This document shows positions 11,890 to 25,239 of a stretch of DNA of 64,000 nucleotides, piece by piece. Origin of the DNA: Marsupella aquatica (lineage: Eukaryota; Plantae; Marchantiophyta); contig OZ316892.1 in NCBI GenBank assembly GCA_973895155.1, positions 21,267,619-21,331,618 on the forward strand, written 5' to 3'. Under the pieces are notes generated by a model that was given only the letters and a program-made list of their open reading frames with translations, did no database searches and was not told the origin of the DNA. How positions within the stretch are numbered: the stretch's first letter is position 1; every line of letters begins with the position of its first letter. Both the position numbers and the translations under genes were made by a program.

Positions 11890-14348
11890 GCACGGTGGGG
11901 CTCCTCAGAATGATCGTGGCGATCACAGAGCTCCGCGAGGACCGCAGCGTCCCACCATCACCACCACCATGGCGAAGCAGCGAGGAATGAAATTTCCTAC
12001 GATTAAAATCCACCACCAGTTCCACACCGCTTGTTGGCTGGCTGAAAAGCTCAGCTCCCATCATCTCAGCTCAGCTTTTCTCCAAGATCAGATCGGATCA
12101 CGAACGCATTTTGATCATTCAACAGAAAGGCAATTCGCGACTTCGGACTTCTTCGGTACAACCGTAGGAGTTCGCTCGTTCTGTTCTGTTCTGTTCAGTT
12201 CGGTTCTGTTGTGTTGTGTGAAAACAGAGGAATTCGAGGAAAACAGAGGAAGTCCGTATATGTGAGCAGTAATTTAAGTGGTACAGTGGAAGGTCCGCAG
12301 CCTTTCTCGCGTGCCCATAATGACTCTGCCCGCGGCTCATGATTTGGATTTCTTGCTGAGTTAACTTTTAGTCATGGTTAGTGATTAGCCATCATGATCG
12401 GGATTTCCGCTGACGACCGGGGAATGCTGTGGTTACCGTACCGGGAACCACGTGAGAGTCCAGTGACTCACCGGCGATCACCCGCGCAGGTTAGTTTTTA
12501 ACTGACTTCTTACTCTTTCGCCACTTGCGAATATCACCTAATGCGAAGGAGAAAATACTAAGAATATTATTCATCTCGCTTTATTAGTCCCTCACCGTTG
12601 GATCTCTCTGGATTTCAGAACACGGTCAGATTCTTGCTAATGGGAGAGATTTCAAAACATTCGCCACTAAACAAACTACTCATTTATTTTATTAGATTGT
12701 TTTTTGACCGTTAGATCTCAGTGGGTTAAGGTTAGTGTCAGAAACTTGCCAATGGGAGAAATGGAATTTAGCAAGTTTTGGCCACTTCAAAAAACGATAA
12801 AAATTCCCGAGGGAAATTTATTCGAGGAGACGGGGTAATTTTCAAATTTAAACAAAAAAAGTAGTTCGCAGGATTTATAAAGTCTCCATGTGCCAAGGAA
12901 GAGATGTACAAAATGTTTTTTGGCTGAACTTAAAGTTCAGCTGGTGGGAGCCCAAAATGGCTCCAAACTTTTTTTCTATGCATACGTTTTCTCTACATAC
13001 ATTTTCTCCACATATGCTTTCTTCACATACATATAGAGGCACACAAATATATTTTAGTCACAATATACTCATTCTAACACTCTTTAGTTTGTATGGAATA
13101 CTCAAGATCAAGACAAATTGGAGTACACAGAGAGTATATTGTATTCAACACAAATAAAAATACATTAAATGCTCCCCCTCAATGTACGTGTGTACTTGAT
13201 TCTCTCACCACTTAATGTCTTTATCTTTTAGTTATCAGAATTTCTTAATGCTTTTATATATTTCCCTTTGGGACCAAAGTCACCTTGAAAAGGTACGACT
13301 CTTAAAGGGGCTTCCTTTTTATTTTTGGGTGAAATTGGTCACCTCGAAAAGATTTTTAAAGGGGCTTTTTTTTATAGAAAAAACGATGAGTAAAGAGCAT
13401 GCCGTATGGTTGATCTCATTATTTTATTTTCTTTGAGAATTAAAATAGATAGAGAATCAAGGGTATTTTAAAGAATTGGAAAATCAAAAACACAAAAAGA
13501 GACATTTTTATTTTTTGGCCCGGATGGAGAATTACTTTAAGGGGAGAAATAATAAAGGTTTAAAGAATTTTTTCTTTAATTGCTGAGAGGTTTAAGGGTA
13601 TTTAAGGGAGAGATTTTCAAAATGGTCTTTGTTTATATTTTTTTCTTGCTAGAGGGGGCAGACACTAGTTGAGTGTATCGAACAAGCTAACCCCTATTCT
13701 ATCTTAGAAGTGGGGAGCGATGAATGGTTTAAGGGTCTTTTAAGGGGAGGAACAATAAAGACAAATAATGGAGAGATTTCAGGTTTTATAAATCTTTCCT
13801 TTTTCTTGCAAGAGGGGGGTCAACATCAAAACAAAAAATGTGTTTTTATTCCTTTTGTGGACTTCTCACTCATTTTTCAACATAGATATAGATTTTTATT
13901 TGAGTAATTCTAGAAGAATGGGTGGGTGTGCTTTTAATTAGGTTAGGTATGACATTAATTAGGAACTTAGAAATGATTAGCATAAAAGGGAGAGTCTCTC
14001 AGTTCATTCTCCTCATTCTCTTCTCCTCTCATTGCTTATTCTTTTGCCTTTTATTGGCCAAAGCGACCTCATAGGGATTGGTGCCATAAGCGTTGCTTGC
14101 AACCTACCATTTGCCTAGGTGGTCGTGGAGGGACGCGCTCGATCATTAGGGTCGTTCATAGGTAGTTTTCTATCGTATTCTCTTGGACTAGTGCGAGTTT
14201 GCTCTAGCCGGTGGTAGCAATGACCTAGTCATTTGCTACAGACCTGCCTATAGTCACTTAATCTAGTACATTTGGCCCGACATTTGGATGCAACTCTTTT
14301 TTGTTGGAGATATACTTTGGCTTTGTGTTGTCATCGATGGAGTGTTCT

Positions 14349-14486
14349 CGATGCATACAATGCTTGTTGCTTGAGAAATATTTTGCCTGCGAGCGTGTTC
14401 ATCCTTTAGATGCTGGTCGATGCATACAATGCTTGTTGCTTGAGAAATATTTTGCCGACAAGAGTGTTTATCCTTCAGATGCTGGT
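14349..14486. repeat. Tandem duplication of about 69 bp, two copies
   Basis: tcgatgcatacaatgcttgttgcttgagaaatattttgcc...gatgctgg occurs twice in tandem. Confidence 0.85.
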
Positions 14487-17064
14487 TTGTATATACATCA
14501 ACGAAAGGTTGACGATGAGAGGAGAAAAATATTAATTCTTTATGATTTGTTTCAGATTAGGTGGTGGACAATTTAGGGTTAATTTAGGTTAGTCTTTTAG
14601 ATACATTTAGGTTTTGATACATTTTTTCTCTTATCGAATAAAAATTACATGTATGAATTCTATTTCAAATTTATATTATTTTGAGGTATCATATTATAAT
14701 GAATTATCTTTTCCTTGTATTTATTAATTTTTCTCAAATTTAAATGCAACCCCAACTTATCATGTTTTTGTACTATTGCGAGTCAAATTTGGGTCAAAGC
14801 ATTTCAGGACCCGAGTTTTGAATCTGAGACCTCCCCTTCACGAGAGTGATCACTATACTAATGAAACATTCATGTATTGGTGACAATAACTAATCAGTCA
14901 CAAATTATAAAAAGTAGTTCAGCTTTTGTGACCAAACCCCTTTGGTCAGGGGCATTTTTATTAAAATCACGGGATAATGTGACCATGAGAATGTGGCTAA
15001 TAGACCCTGAGGCTTTGTGGGAAAATGTCTAAAACGATACCACTTTTCCTTCTCACCAGAAACCCACCCCCCCCCCCCCAACGATGAAAAGAGGTGATAG
15101 ATGAATCTTCTAGGAGTGGATTTCTTTAGTGACATGAATTTTTTTCTCGCCAAAGCAGCGTCACCATTTGTTTTATAAATTAAACAACAGACTAAAAGTC
15201 TCTTGCAATGAACGTCATTAAATGCAAAACCCTCATTTCAAGTGGTCAGATTTTAGAAATGTCGGGACCTCGAAATATGCACTCCATGTCAGCATTCACC
15301 TGTGTCCATTGCTTTGCCATATAGTATGTAGAGATGCCATACCTAGCCCCAGAGTTCTTGTAAAACCATCTAGTCATTTCCACTCACAATATGGTCAACA
15401 TTGAGACAACAACGAGCAACCAGGTTCACGGAGGACAAAATAGTGAATTCTTTTGTTTTCTTACTATCATTATTGATTATTTGTGGTAATCACATTCACC
15501 AGGTTTTGCTTTGGGATAGGTCGTATGAAAAGAAAACAATTAATGAATGATGCAAGTTTTCATGCACTTTTTGAAACAAATTTGGAATTTTTTGGTATAT
15601 TTTTGTATCCCCAAATAGTAATAAATTTCCTTAACTTCTACTTACTCAAGTAAACTCATTCAGTTAAAGTAAATCTGATGCGTGCCGACATTTCAAAAAA
15701 GGTTTTAAAAAGCTAACCATTGATTCCAATAACAAAAAATTTTGCACAACGTTTTGTCTCTGAGAAGTGTTCATCCATGTTTTGCAATGTTGTGCATCTT
15801 TTTGCACATAGGAATGGATCAGTCACGCATGGATAACCTTGCTTATGGATGTTTGGATACAGTAAAACACAGTAATTTTTCTAGGATAAGGCATGGAGGC
15901 CAAGTGAATTAAGCCAATTATGCCCCACTCAAGAAGTACGAAAGGCTCCAGAACCGAGTGAGGGCTGAGGAAGCCCTTCCAAGGGAACTAGCAAGAGGGG
16001 AAAAAAAAGCTCTAGATTCTGCTCTTGCATCTAACACAGGTTCTGCTCCAAACCCTCCCATATAGGTTAATGTGTTATGGGTCACACCACTTGTGTAGTA
16101 GGTCTAAAACTTGTGTAAAAAGATACATACATGAGTGTTTTCCTCTCCGGCAAGGTAGTTGAACATGTTGGGAGAAAACAATTTCTGTGGGGAGAAAACA
16201 AGAGGGGAAACCCCCTATTTCGCGACACTCTCAAAGACAAAAGGAGCAATGCGAGGAATGGTCACACACCTACCCATTTTAAATGTTGTTCTTTCAAGAA
16301 TACACTTTTTTGTACAAATGTTCATGTTGTTTATTAAAAAATGTGTGGTCCATGAGGTGAGGTCAAACTTTGTGGCCGTTGACTTCCATTTCTAGTGTCA
16401 TGCACCTTTTCCAAAAACAATTCTGCCATGCAAATGCTTTTCCTTTCTTCAAGTATTTTTTTATCCCGAATGTTTCTATGTAATAAAGTCCGTCTGTCTG
16501 ACATACATTCTACAGTGTATAAGTACGTCCTCCAGTCCTCCTAGTTAGAAGGGCCGACCATGCACTTACGCACTGCCAACTTGCCAAGTAACTGCATGGA
16601 AAATTAAATATGCAGTGCCACACATGTGTTCCGTTATAGGTTGCCGGGAAAATAAGATGCAATAAAACATTATTATTAAATTTTTGAATTTTACTCTCAA
16701 AAATATCTTAGAGTACTTGTCATATCTTCATAAGAATTTTCTATACAACCTTCATTCTACAGACTGATAATATTACATGTAGTGTTAGTGATATATTAAA
16801 TTGAAGAAATACACGGGGAAAAAATATTCTGGAATTAATTTTGGAATTAAAAATATTAAGTATTCATGAAAATACTCTCTGATTTCCTGGAAAAAAAGGT
16901 ATTTCCTGCAAGTCCTCCTACAACCTGGATAGCACCAGCATTGGTTTACTATCTACTCACAGATCTCATTAACCAAAATGTGACCATTTTCCTCAAATCA
17001 AGCAGAATCTAACCTTGCTCTCATTTTTGTGGTTTCATCGACAATTCAATCTTCCTATTTCATA

Positions 17065-17762
17065 GGGTGGGTTACTTTGGGTTTACTTTCATTGAGCGCC
17101 TTGCACCTTTGGCCTTTTTGGGCGCGTGGACGATCGCATTCTCATTGTTAGCCGATCGTTTCCTTATTGAGAATCGACCTTTTTTACTTTTGTCTCTCAT
17201 GGAGGTAGAGGAGGGTTCCTTCCCATTTCAGGTTCTTTTGCGCGCGGTGCGGTCATCATTACCAAATCCGGTTCGTGCTGTGTTACCTTCATTTCAGGAG
17301 TTTTATCCTTGGACCCCGTTCGTCTCCAGGCAGACCTTGCTGGGCGTATGCACGCTTTCACCATCTCCAGCATCCTCATTGAGGCACCCGACACGGACTG
17401 AGCTCGGATTCTTTCTTCCGGAGGGAAGGGCGCAGGAGGCTGGCTTCAGGCCAATCCAGTCATTCCTCATCTGCGGATGTCTTCTGTGGAGTTCTCGACA
17501 GCCATGCGTCTTCGTATGGGACTGCTCCACCCACTTCTTGCTGGTTTACCTCCTTCTTGTACTTGTGGGAAACCTTGTGATGCCACAGTTGTCCATCTTC
17601 TTCGGTGCAGTTTGGGAGGTGAAACCATTTTTGTTCATGACGCGGTGAGAGATGCGACTGCTCAGGTTCTCTCTGGCTCTTTGGTTGGCGTGCGTCGTGA
17701 GGTGGTGCTCGAGTTACCTGGTTCCCCATCACAACGGTTACGGGTGGAGGTTTCTTGGTTTT
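17065..17762 (+). mobile_element. Decayed fragment of an RLE-type (CRE/R2-superfamily) non-LTR retrotransposon
   Basis: Translates to G.FGFT..ERLAPLAFLGAW (post-RT thumb region), then D*ARILSSGGKGAGGWLQANP..LRMSSVEFSTAMRLRMGL, a CTCG..D...HLLRC zinc knuckle and HDAVRD, the segment that precedes the restriction-like endonuclease. Contains a frameshift and a TGA; truncated at both ends. Confidence 0.75.
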
Positions 17763-18103
17763 AGAGGTTTCCTTTTGCTCACTTCGTTTGCATTTGGTTT
17801 TATCCACTTGGGACCTCTTCTGTTTATTCTTTTGTACTCTACTTGGCCCTTTTTCTGCAAAAAGTTTGTTTTCTTTTGGTATTCCAGAATAAATGAAAAT
17901 CAATTACTTGACAGTAGTAGTTTTTCTTTTCATATGTGTGAAATGCAATACTAATCATTCATATTGGGAAACAAGTCACCCTTCACCTTACATGAACTAG
18001 TGGGCACAATCAAAGAAAACCATTTTACGAAGGCTACAGTAGTTACCTCTCAATGGGTCCCTTGTGGGTCCCCTTTTTTTTGCCCATGTTCATAAAAAAC
18101 TTA

Positions 18104-18465
18104 GGGCCACTTTACAAGACGGGCGCGGCAATTTGAGTGCTTTCTACCAGGGCTGTAACAGAGCCTAACTCTTAGTGGTACGGTAGGACTCTAGACCAAT
18201 CCAAGGCAGGAATCCTAGGAGGAAGCGGGCTGCCCATTTTCGCACCTCCAGAGGTCCAATAGTCTAGCGCCCGGATGAGAGTCCCAAGCCGGCTGGCCAG
18301 AGCTGATCCATACCAGAATGCAGGTTCGGTTATTCCCGCAGCTCAACTTGCCGCGCCAGTCTTCTAAAGCAAGGAGTGCCCGGGCAGGCTGAAACAACGG
18401 TTGTGATTGATTCGATCATGAAAAAAGAGAAACTAAATTGCCGCGCCCGTCTTGTAAAGTGGCCC
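18104..18465. mobile_element. PIF/Harbinger (Tourist-like) MITE, 362 bp
   Basis: Perfect 31-bp TIR GGGCCACTTTACAAGACGGGCGCGGCAATTT and its reverse complement at 18435-18465; TTA target-site duplication on both sides. Confidence 0.92.
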
Positions 18466-18920
18466 TTAGACCTCCTCATGAGATGCTTCTTTTCAGAGAA
18501 TTGCATTAATTATCGTCAGACCTAGGTACATATTTTGGTTCAGACATTTACCTTTTGTGTATGAAAGTGTTCATCAATGTGCTTTAGATGAACCTAGACA
18601 ATAGACACTAAACAGCCCCCACCGTCTTGTAAAGTTGTAAAGCTAGCCCCTCTTAGACAAAATAACAATCATTGCTTTCTTCGAAACGAAAAAGCAAAAA
18701 ACCTTATGACCGAGGATTGCACACCGTGACCAGCTGGGAGTGTGGGACCGGCGCTTTCTTTGTTCGGTCGGTAGTGAGTGAAGCTTTCGATTTCCCACGG
18801 GTTGGGCCGGTAAGCTGATTTTTGGAAGATGCATCGGGTGATCTCAGCCTTCGATTGTCGATTTGGTGACCGCCTTGTGGAGGCACCTTCGGTCATCGCA
18901 ATAATTGACCGGACGTCACC

Positions 18921-19412
18921 GGCTGGCTTTACAAGAATGAGCCGGCATTTCGCCTGCCGAACGGACCAGGCCTTCAAACCCCAATAATGGCATCCAGTTT
19001 TTGGATTCATTAAAAGTACACTCCAAAGCTTTCCGTTTTTGTGGTAGTAAGTACGTATGGAATTAATACGGTAATCACGTCTCGTGTCAAACCCTACTGT
19101 ACCGTAATATTGTTTGGAGAATTTCCTTACAAGCTACCGAAATTATCCAAACACTTCAAAAGTTGTAAATTTCAAAAATACCCTTGCAATCTTTTTCTAG
19201 GCTAAGCTGTTGTTTTTCAAGGCGGGAAACTCCACCTACAAAATTGTTTGAGAAATTTTCGAACTTGCCTGAATACCGTGAAGTTTCGGCCCCTTTGTCT
19301 ATATCAGTTTGATCCATTCGGTATCATATGGTAACAAGTGGCCACATATTTTAATGTGACCACTTGTTTGATGTGGAAAAAGCGAGACCGGCTCATTTTT
19401 GTAAAGCCAGCC
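18921..19412. mobile_element. Related Harbinger-like MITE
   Basis: TIR of about 25 bp, GGCTGGCTTTACAAGAATGAGCCGG / CCGGCTCATTTTTGTAAAGCCAGCC, sharing the CTTTACAAGA core with the 18104 element. No clean TSD. A stray TIR remnant lies at about 18622-18648. Confidence 0.7.
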
Positions 19413-22089
19413 TCTGTCAGTCTTGGTTCTTTGGAATGAGTCAACAGTTTAGTGTTCTGAATAGGAGAGAATTCCAAGTTGGTTTACAATTGAGTTTGCA
19501 TTCATGTAGTGTTTGACATTTTTCTCTTTCTATTTTCCATTTTTAAGTTTACATTTGCTTTTCTTTTTTCTGGTTAGGTGTTTGTCCACTTTGGAACTCT
19601 TTTCTTTCCTTTCCTTTCATTGTATTTTGTTTTTCCCTGAATTATACATTTTGGTGAGTTTTTCTCTTTACACTGAGTATTGAAGTATAAGCCATTGAAC
19701 AAGCTGTCATATCCGTCACTCACAATTTGCCACAAAAAACAATGAACCAACAGACATGACTGATGCAGTATCATAGTAAAAGATGAGTTAAAAGAGCTTG
19801 ATGTTCAATCTAAGCAGATAGATTTGCTACAAATATTGAATATCCCAAGTTAGGGAAGTTGATGCTCCCACAAACCAATATGTTTTATCGGGTGTTTAAT
19901 CTAATGACTCCAATGGATCATCTAGCACTTTTTGATACCCCCAAAAATGACCATTTCTGGAAAGAAAGTGTACAAATTGAGTCAAACAGAATCTTTCATA
20001 ATGTCTATCAGACTATTTTGTCACACATTATGGTCCATGGGAGCTTCAATTTCCAAGTTGGAGTACCTCTACTCTTCTCTTTAATACTTTTTCACTGATA
20101 ACAATGGGACAAATGAGCATAGTAATCATGACTCGAAACAAATCCCATTCAATCATCTATCAAAAGACCCCTTCTGCTGAAAAATATCAGTATCTCAACT
20201 AAATACTGGAGAAAAGTAAAAGTAGGAAATTAGAAGTCTATCCAAATATATTTTGCTGATAGTATATGTTTGATGTGATAGTAGTGCTCTACCCATAGGC
20301 CGGGTTAAAGGCTACTGAGCATCAAGTCTTGGTCTCACATAGGTATGCAACTCGAAGTAGAGGTTGAGCTACTACAAACACCTTAACAGGTACGCAGAGG
20401 GCCTAAGTAAGACACAATTAGAAACCCTTTGGATATTGTGGCTTTCTTGATGTTTGTATCAAGAATTTCATTACCATGGATAGTTGGGCTTAAGATACCT
20501 TCTTGCTGTGATTCATTGTTAGATTATGCAAATGCTAGCTATTATTATTCTAGTAACCTTCATTCTAACAATTCTAGCTCAATTAGTCATGTTTTGCTTA
20601 GGGATTTACTTAGACCCTTAGATTCTATGGTACTGGTCTTTTGGTTTAGGGTAGGTCCAAGTACCTTCTGGAAGAGGCCTGAATGAAAATGGCTCTGACT
20701 GTGATTAAATATTTCCATCATAAGCACAAATTAAGAGCCATTATTAGTGGACAATGATGGTTACTAGTCAATTCAAATACACCTTCAAGACAATTTGGAA
20801 GGACGAAGACACTCTTGACTATTGTTATATAATGCACACTATAGTTATGGCCGGCACTCGATTTCCATCCCTTTGATGGATAAGAATGGATAGTCTCCAC
20901 AAATATGAACAACCTTGACTTCATTCAAGAATGTCTGAATTTTCATACAAATTGACACTGTTCACAGGTCCGAATGACACCATAGCTTTATCGTCCATTT
21001 TGTGATCTGAATGAGTGCATCCTTGCAACAAGCATCTTTCTGCAGTTAGTTTCATTCCTTTCTAAATTGAGACAATAAGGAATTGGTTCTATGGCCAGAT
21101 AATGTACTCATCCAGTTTCTCTGCATCTAATGTGATTGACAATGGGAAACAAAAACAGAGGATTATTCTCGTTTGTAAGAGCTACGAGCCTGCAAACCCT
21201 CTAGCTGTGTCTCAAAAGGTACGATCAACCCAATTCATCCAGAAGTTTCTTTGCACGTAGTTTACAACGCATACAACTTTTTTCAAAGTTTTGAAAACAG
21301 TGTTTTGGTAGATTTAATGATTTTTGGATATCAATATGGATCCAGTCATAAGTTTTGAAAAGATAACAGCGCTGGAAGAATGAATAAGTGTTGACTGTAC
21401 ATATTGCATGTATCTCCATTACCAATGGTGCTCAAGATCAATTGTCATCGAACATTTGAATTGGCACAAACTCAGGGTCAAAACATAGAACAATAACAAG
21501 ATTCTACAGTTTCAAATTCAAGGCTCTTCTCGTCTTCATGTCAAAGCCTAGCTCAATTTATGGCTTTGCAAACAATGTAATTGCTCTTTTTAACGGAGAA
21601 AAGTTCAATCCACATTCTTCCAATCACAAACAAACTGGGGTATAAATCAGTGGCATTCGTGCCAACTTGACATGTAGGTTGGTATCACAAGCAACAGGGA
21701 GAGGAAGAAGTTCACGAATTATGGAATGACCCGTTTGAAAATCGTGTCAAACTCCAAGCTTCCAAAGTTCCAAGGCTCAAACTCACACCAAAGAATACAA
21801 TCATTTATGTTTCTCTTCAAAACAGAATATAATGCGGGCAGCCAGAAGGAAGAACCAAAGGACTGGAGAACGCCAAAGGATACATAGGGAGCTACTTGAG
21901 TTGGACTTGAAGAGCACATTGGAATTTTCATTCTTCATACATATATGTGATGAATGTGATCATTGCCCAAGCATGTGTGGAGGTGGAATATACAAACATG
22001 GATTACACTTATGACGAGAAAGGGCCACATTCAACTTCTGCAAGTGTGTCAAAGTGTTGATTAGGATACTAGGGACTGGTACATAATTA

Positions 22090-24296
22090 ATGGCTCTTGG
22101 AAAGGGCTGCATTTGGGGAACGGCCTTTATCATCTTTGCTTTTCACGTGATATCGTTTGCTCTTGCGGTTGCGGCCGAGCAACATAGGAGCTCTGTAAGG
22201 GTTTGACCTAAACTCTAGGATTCAGAGATTTGTTACAATTTGGACGAAACAAATAAGCAACTTGTGTTTGATGGCTAATTCCATTTAATTATTCCATATG
22301 AAAAACAAATATTTTTGGTTGAATTATCTCATTATAACAAACAAAACCAGACAACTCATCGGGCCCAAGTAAATCAGAACCTCGAAACCCCATTGAAGTC
22401 TGGTAATTCAATTGTTTCATATTATGAGCTTGGACATATTTATCAATGAGTATTCTTTGTCATTTTCCTTGAGAAATTAGGGTCAATGTCCAATCTTTGC
22501 ATGACTCGTGACCTGCTTTTGTTTCTGAGTACAATTTAAGAATGTAAAACAGCTCTAATTTCTCTGTATCAAAATTATACAATAATTGGAGCTGTTGCCT
22601 TTGAATAGTTACTAGCCAGAAAACAATTCCCAGCAATCGCTCTTCGCTAAAATGTTCTTAGCTTCTCAGAAATCTGAAATCACATCATTATCTGAAATAA
22701 TATTGGTTCTCTCATGAGTTTTTGGACATGGAAATTAAGTTTCATAAAAACAAAAAGCTGGATACAATTGGAAATCCAATTTTGTAGTAGTTAAGTGACA
22801 GTCAGGATAGAATGCAAGAGATGTCCCATGGATTCTTGTGAAGTTTACTTACCAGAAGATGTCTTGCACAAAAAATGTTTGTATATTCCAGGCAACTGTA
22901 GAGTATGATAAGGCAGGAGGTTACTTCTTTTGCAACTACTCTTCAGATGTTTCATCCTCAATGGCAGCTGGTGGCTTTGTTGCCCTCCTCTTTGGACATA
23001 TTATAACTATGGGCATAACCAAATGCTTTTGTTGCGCAAAAGGTGAACTGCGAGGATCGGGTAAGGCATGCGCCATTGTCTCTTTCATACTTCTCTGGTG
23101 AGTCTTCTTGTCATTCATAATAGTTGTCTGTTGTGATTTCTTTGTTTTTGTTTTGCATATTGAGTCCTGCTCCAGCAAAATTATGATTTAAGAAAAAAGT
23201 CAATCTTCTCAAAACTTGATAACCTTCTTATGTTTACCAACTCAACAAGTTCATCACTCCACTCCTGCTCCATTGGTTGAAATCTATATTCCAACAAACC
23301 CCATGGGCGAGGCTTTCTTTGTCTAATGAAGGGTCTTGGGGTCCTAGGTAAAACCAAACACTTGCTCCTCAGCTGATTGCCTACTGGCACACAATGGAAA
23401 GTTGTTTACTTTAGCCACTTTCTGTAATGTCCCAACTTCAAATGTATCTCCCTGGGACGCTCTTAGTGAGTGCCTATAAAGCTAATGACAATGACGACAT
23501 TCTGAAAACACCAAGAGTCTACATTATAGCATGGTATATGATCTTTTGTATTTTGAGAGAATTCGTTCATCAGATTGTGTGCAATAGACTACGTTTTGTG
23601 AATGCGTGTGGGTGGGTTCAAGGTTGGCCAACTTGAACTTTGATCATAGATAGGATAAGTTAGGCAAGTGTAGAAGACAAGTCCTGTCTACCCTGCTCAA
23701 ACATCAGAGATTCTTTCCCCCAAACTCAATTGTTAACCCCCTTATTTGCTTTACGTCCATTTCTCCAAGCGAAGCCAGGTCACCCCCTCTCATGCTTACA
23801 TCCCTGAGTATTACATTGCCTTTTGCGATCACTAACATTAATGTGAAAAGGAACTCAGGAATTTGGAAAAATGGATTGTTTCTTATTAGATTTGTTGGAT
23901 TATTTGAGCTTCTAGGTCCCACATTGAGAATGGCCTAAGTTCCAGCGCAAATGGTAAAATCAAAACACTTTGACATGAATTTCTCTTTGCTGGAATTGCA
24001 GGCTTTGTTGGTTCATAGCAAGTGTTTGTTTCCTGGCTGGAGCTAATCGAAATTCCATCCATACAAAAACTGAATCCACTGATGTACTAAGTGTACCTCT
24101 TACATGCACTATGATGCGGAGGGGTACCTTCGGAGCAGCAGGCGCCTTTGTATTTTTCTCCTTGATTCTCAGTGAAGTGTATTTCTTGCTAGTATCCTTT
24201 AGTGCAAGAGATGCCAGCTCTTCTGGTACTTCTATGGGTTGGCAAGGTCATGCGGGGCCTGCTATGCCACCACAGCAGTCTCCTTATGCCTTATAA
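22090..24296 (+). CDS. DUF1218 / MODIFYING WALL LIGNIN (MWL)-family membrane protein, 3 exons
   Basis: Exons 22090-22194, 22892-23097 and 24002-24296 join in frame with GT-AG introns. Motifs FALAVAAEQHRS, CNYSSDVS, TKCFCC, WLCWFIASVCFLAG..RNSIHTK and C.MMRRGTFGAAGAF match the family. Confidence 0.92.
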
Positions 24297-25239
24297 ACTA
24301 CTATTGACATTGAGAAATACATACCTGGTTCCTCGACTCTCGTTTGCCACGAAGGTTTCCTTTTCTCAGATGCATTTAAATAGATGTAGCTGTCTTCTAT
24401 CAAATGGGTCTCCAAGATTCAAATGTTCATACAACCGTGAAACGACTGGGAAATTATCAGAACTTTCATGATTAGTGAATATCTCATGGGGAAGCACAGT
24501 TGTCTTCATGAAAGATATTTGTATACTTCACACTGTTTATCTATTGAAGTGTGTTCTTCAACACCCTCGGTGAAATCACTTTAAAGAATATGTCACACCC
24601 GTCATGAAACATGGGCTAGAATTTTAGCAGATATACAAACATTGTGATGTCGTTCAAGCTGTTGTGATGTTGAAATGGACCGTAGTTGCACCTGCTAGCC
24701 TGAATTTGCCTCAAATCAGGAAGGGTAGCTTCTCTACTGACTCTGCTACACAGTCCTACTTCTTACGGGCATATTCAAAGAATGGCGCATAGGGGTTGAA
24801 TTGCTCTCAGTTCGTGCATGGGTACTCCGTTCTCATAATTATCAAACTTACCTTCAGTATCAGCGATTCACTAGTCAGGCCGGGAATACTCGACAACGTG
24901 ACCCAGTATCCACCTGGAGGTGACTAATCCTAGTGCTGATAGTGTTATAGAAACAGCTCTTATACTTGCTAGTTTTGTTTTCAATTGACTTTGGAGAACG
25001 TGTGAAACCTGACCTAAAGCCAGTGCATATCAGTATTAGCCTTACATTTGACTCCCATAATTATACAGTTGAACAGCCTCATTCATCTAAAGGTTTCAAA
25101 CTCGGCCGTTAAGAGGTTAGACTTCAGGGAAGTTTGTGAGCGTCATGCTTCAGGTGGAAATCAACATGCCATCAGAAACGGAAAAGAAGACGCATCATAA
25201 TGGAAAGATGGCATCTTCAGATGTTAATAACTTCAGAAT

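Noticed and set aside
11332-12340. ORFs containing LVSSRLVSSR and poly-Ala runs
   Set aside because: Produced by microsatellites in the probable KAC 5' UTR, intron or promoter
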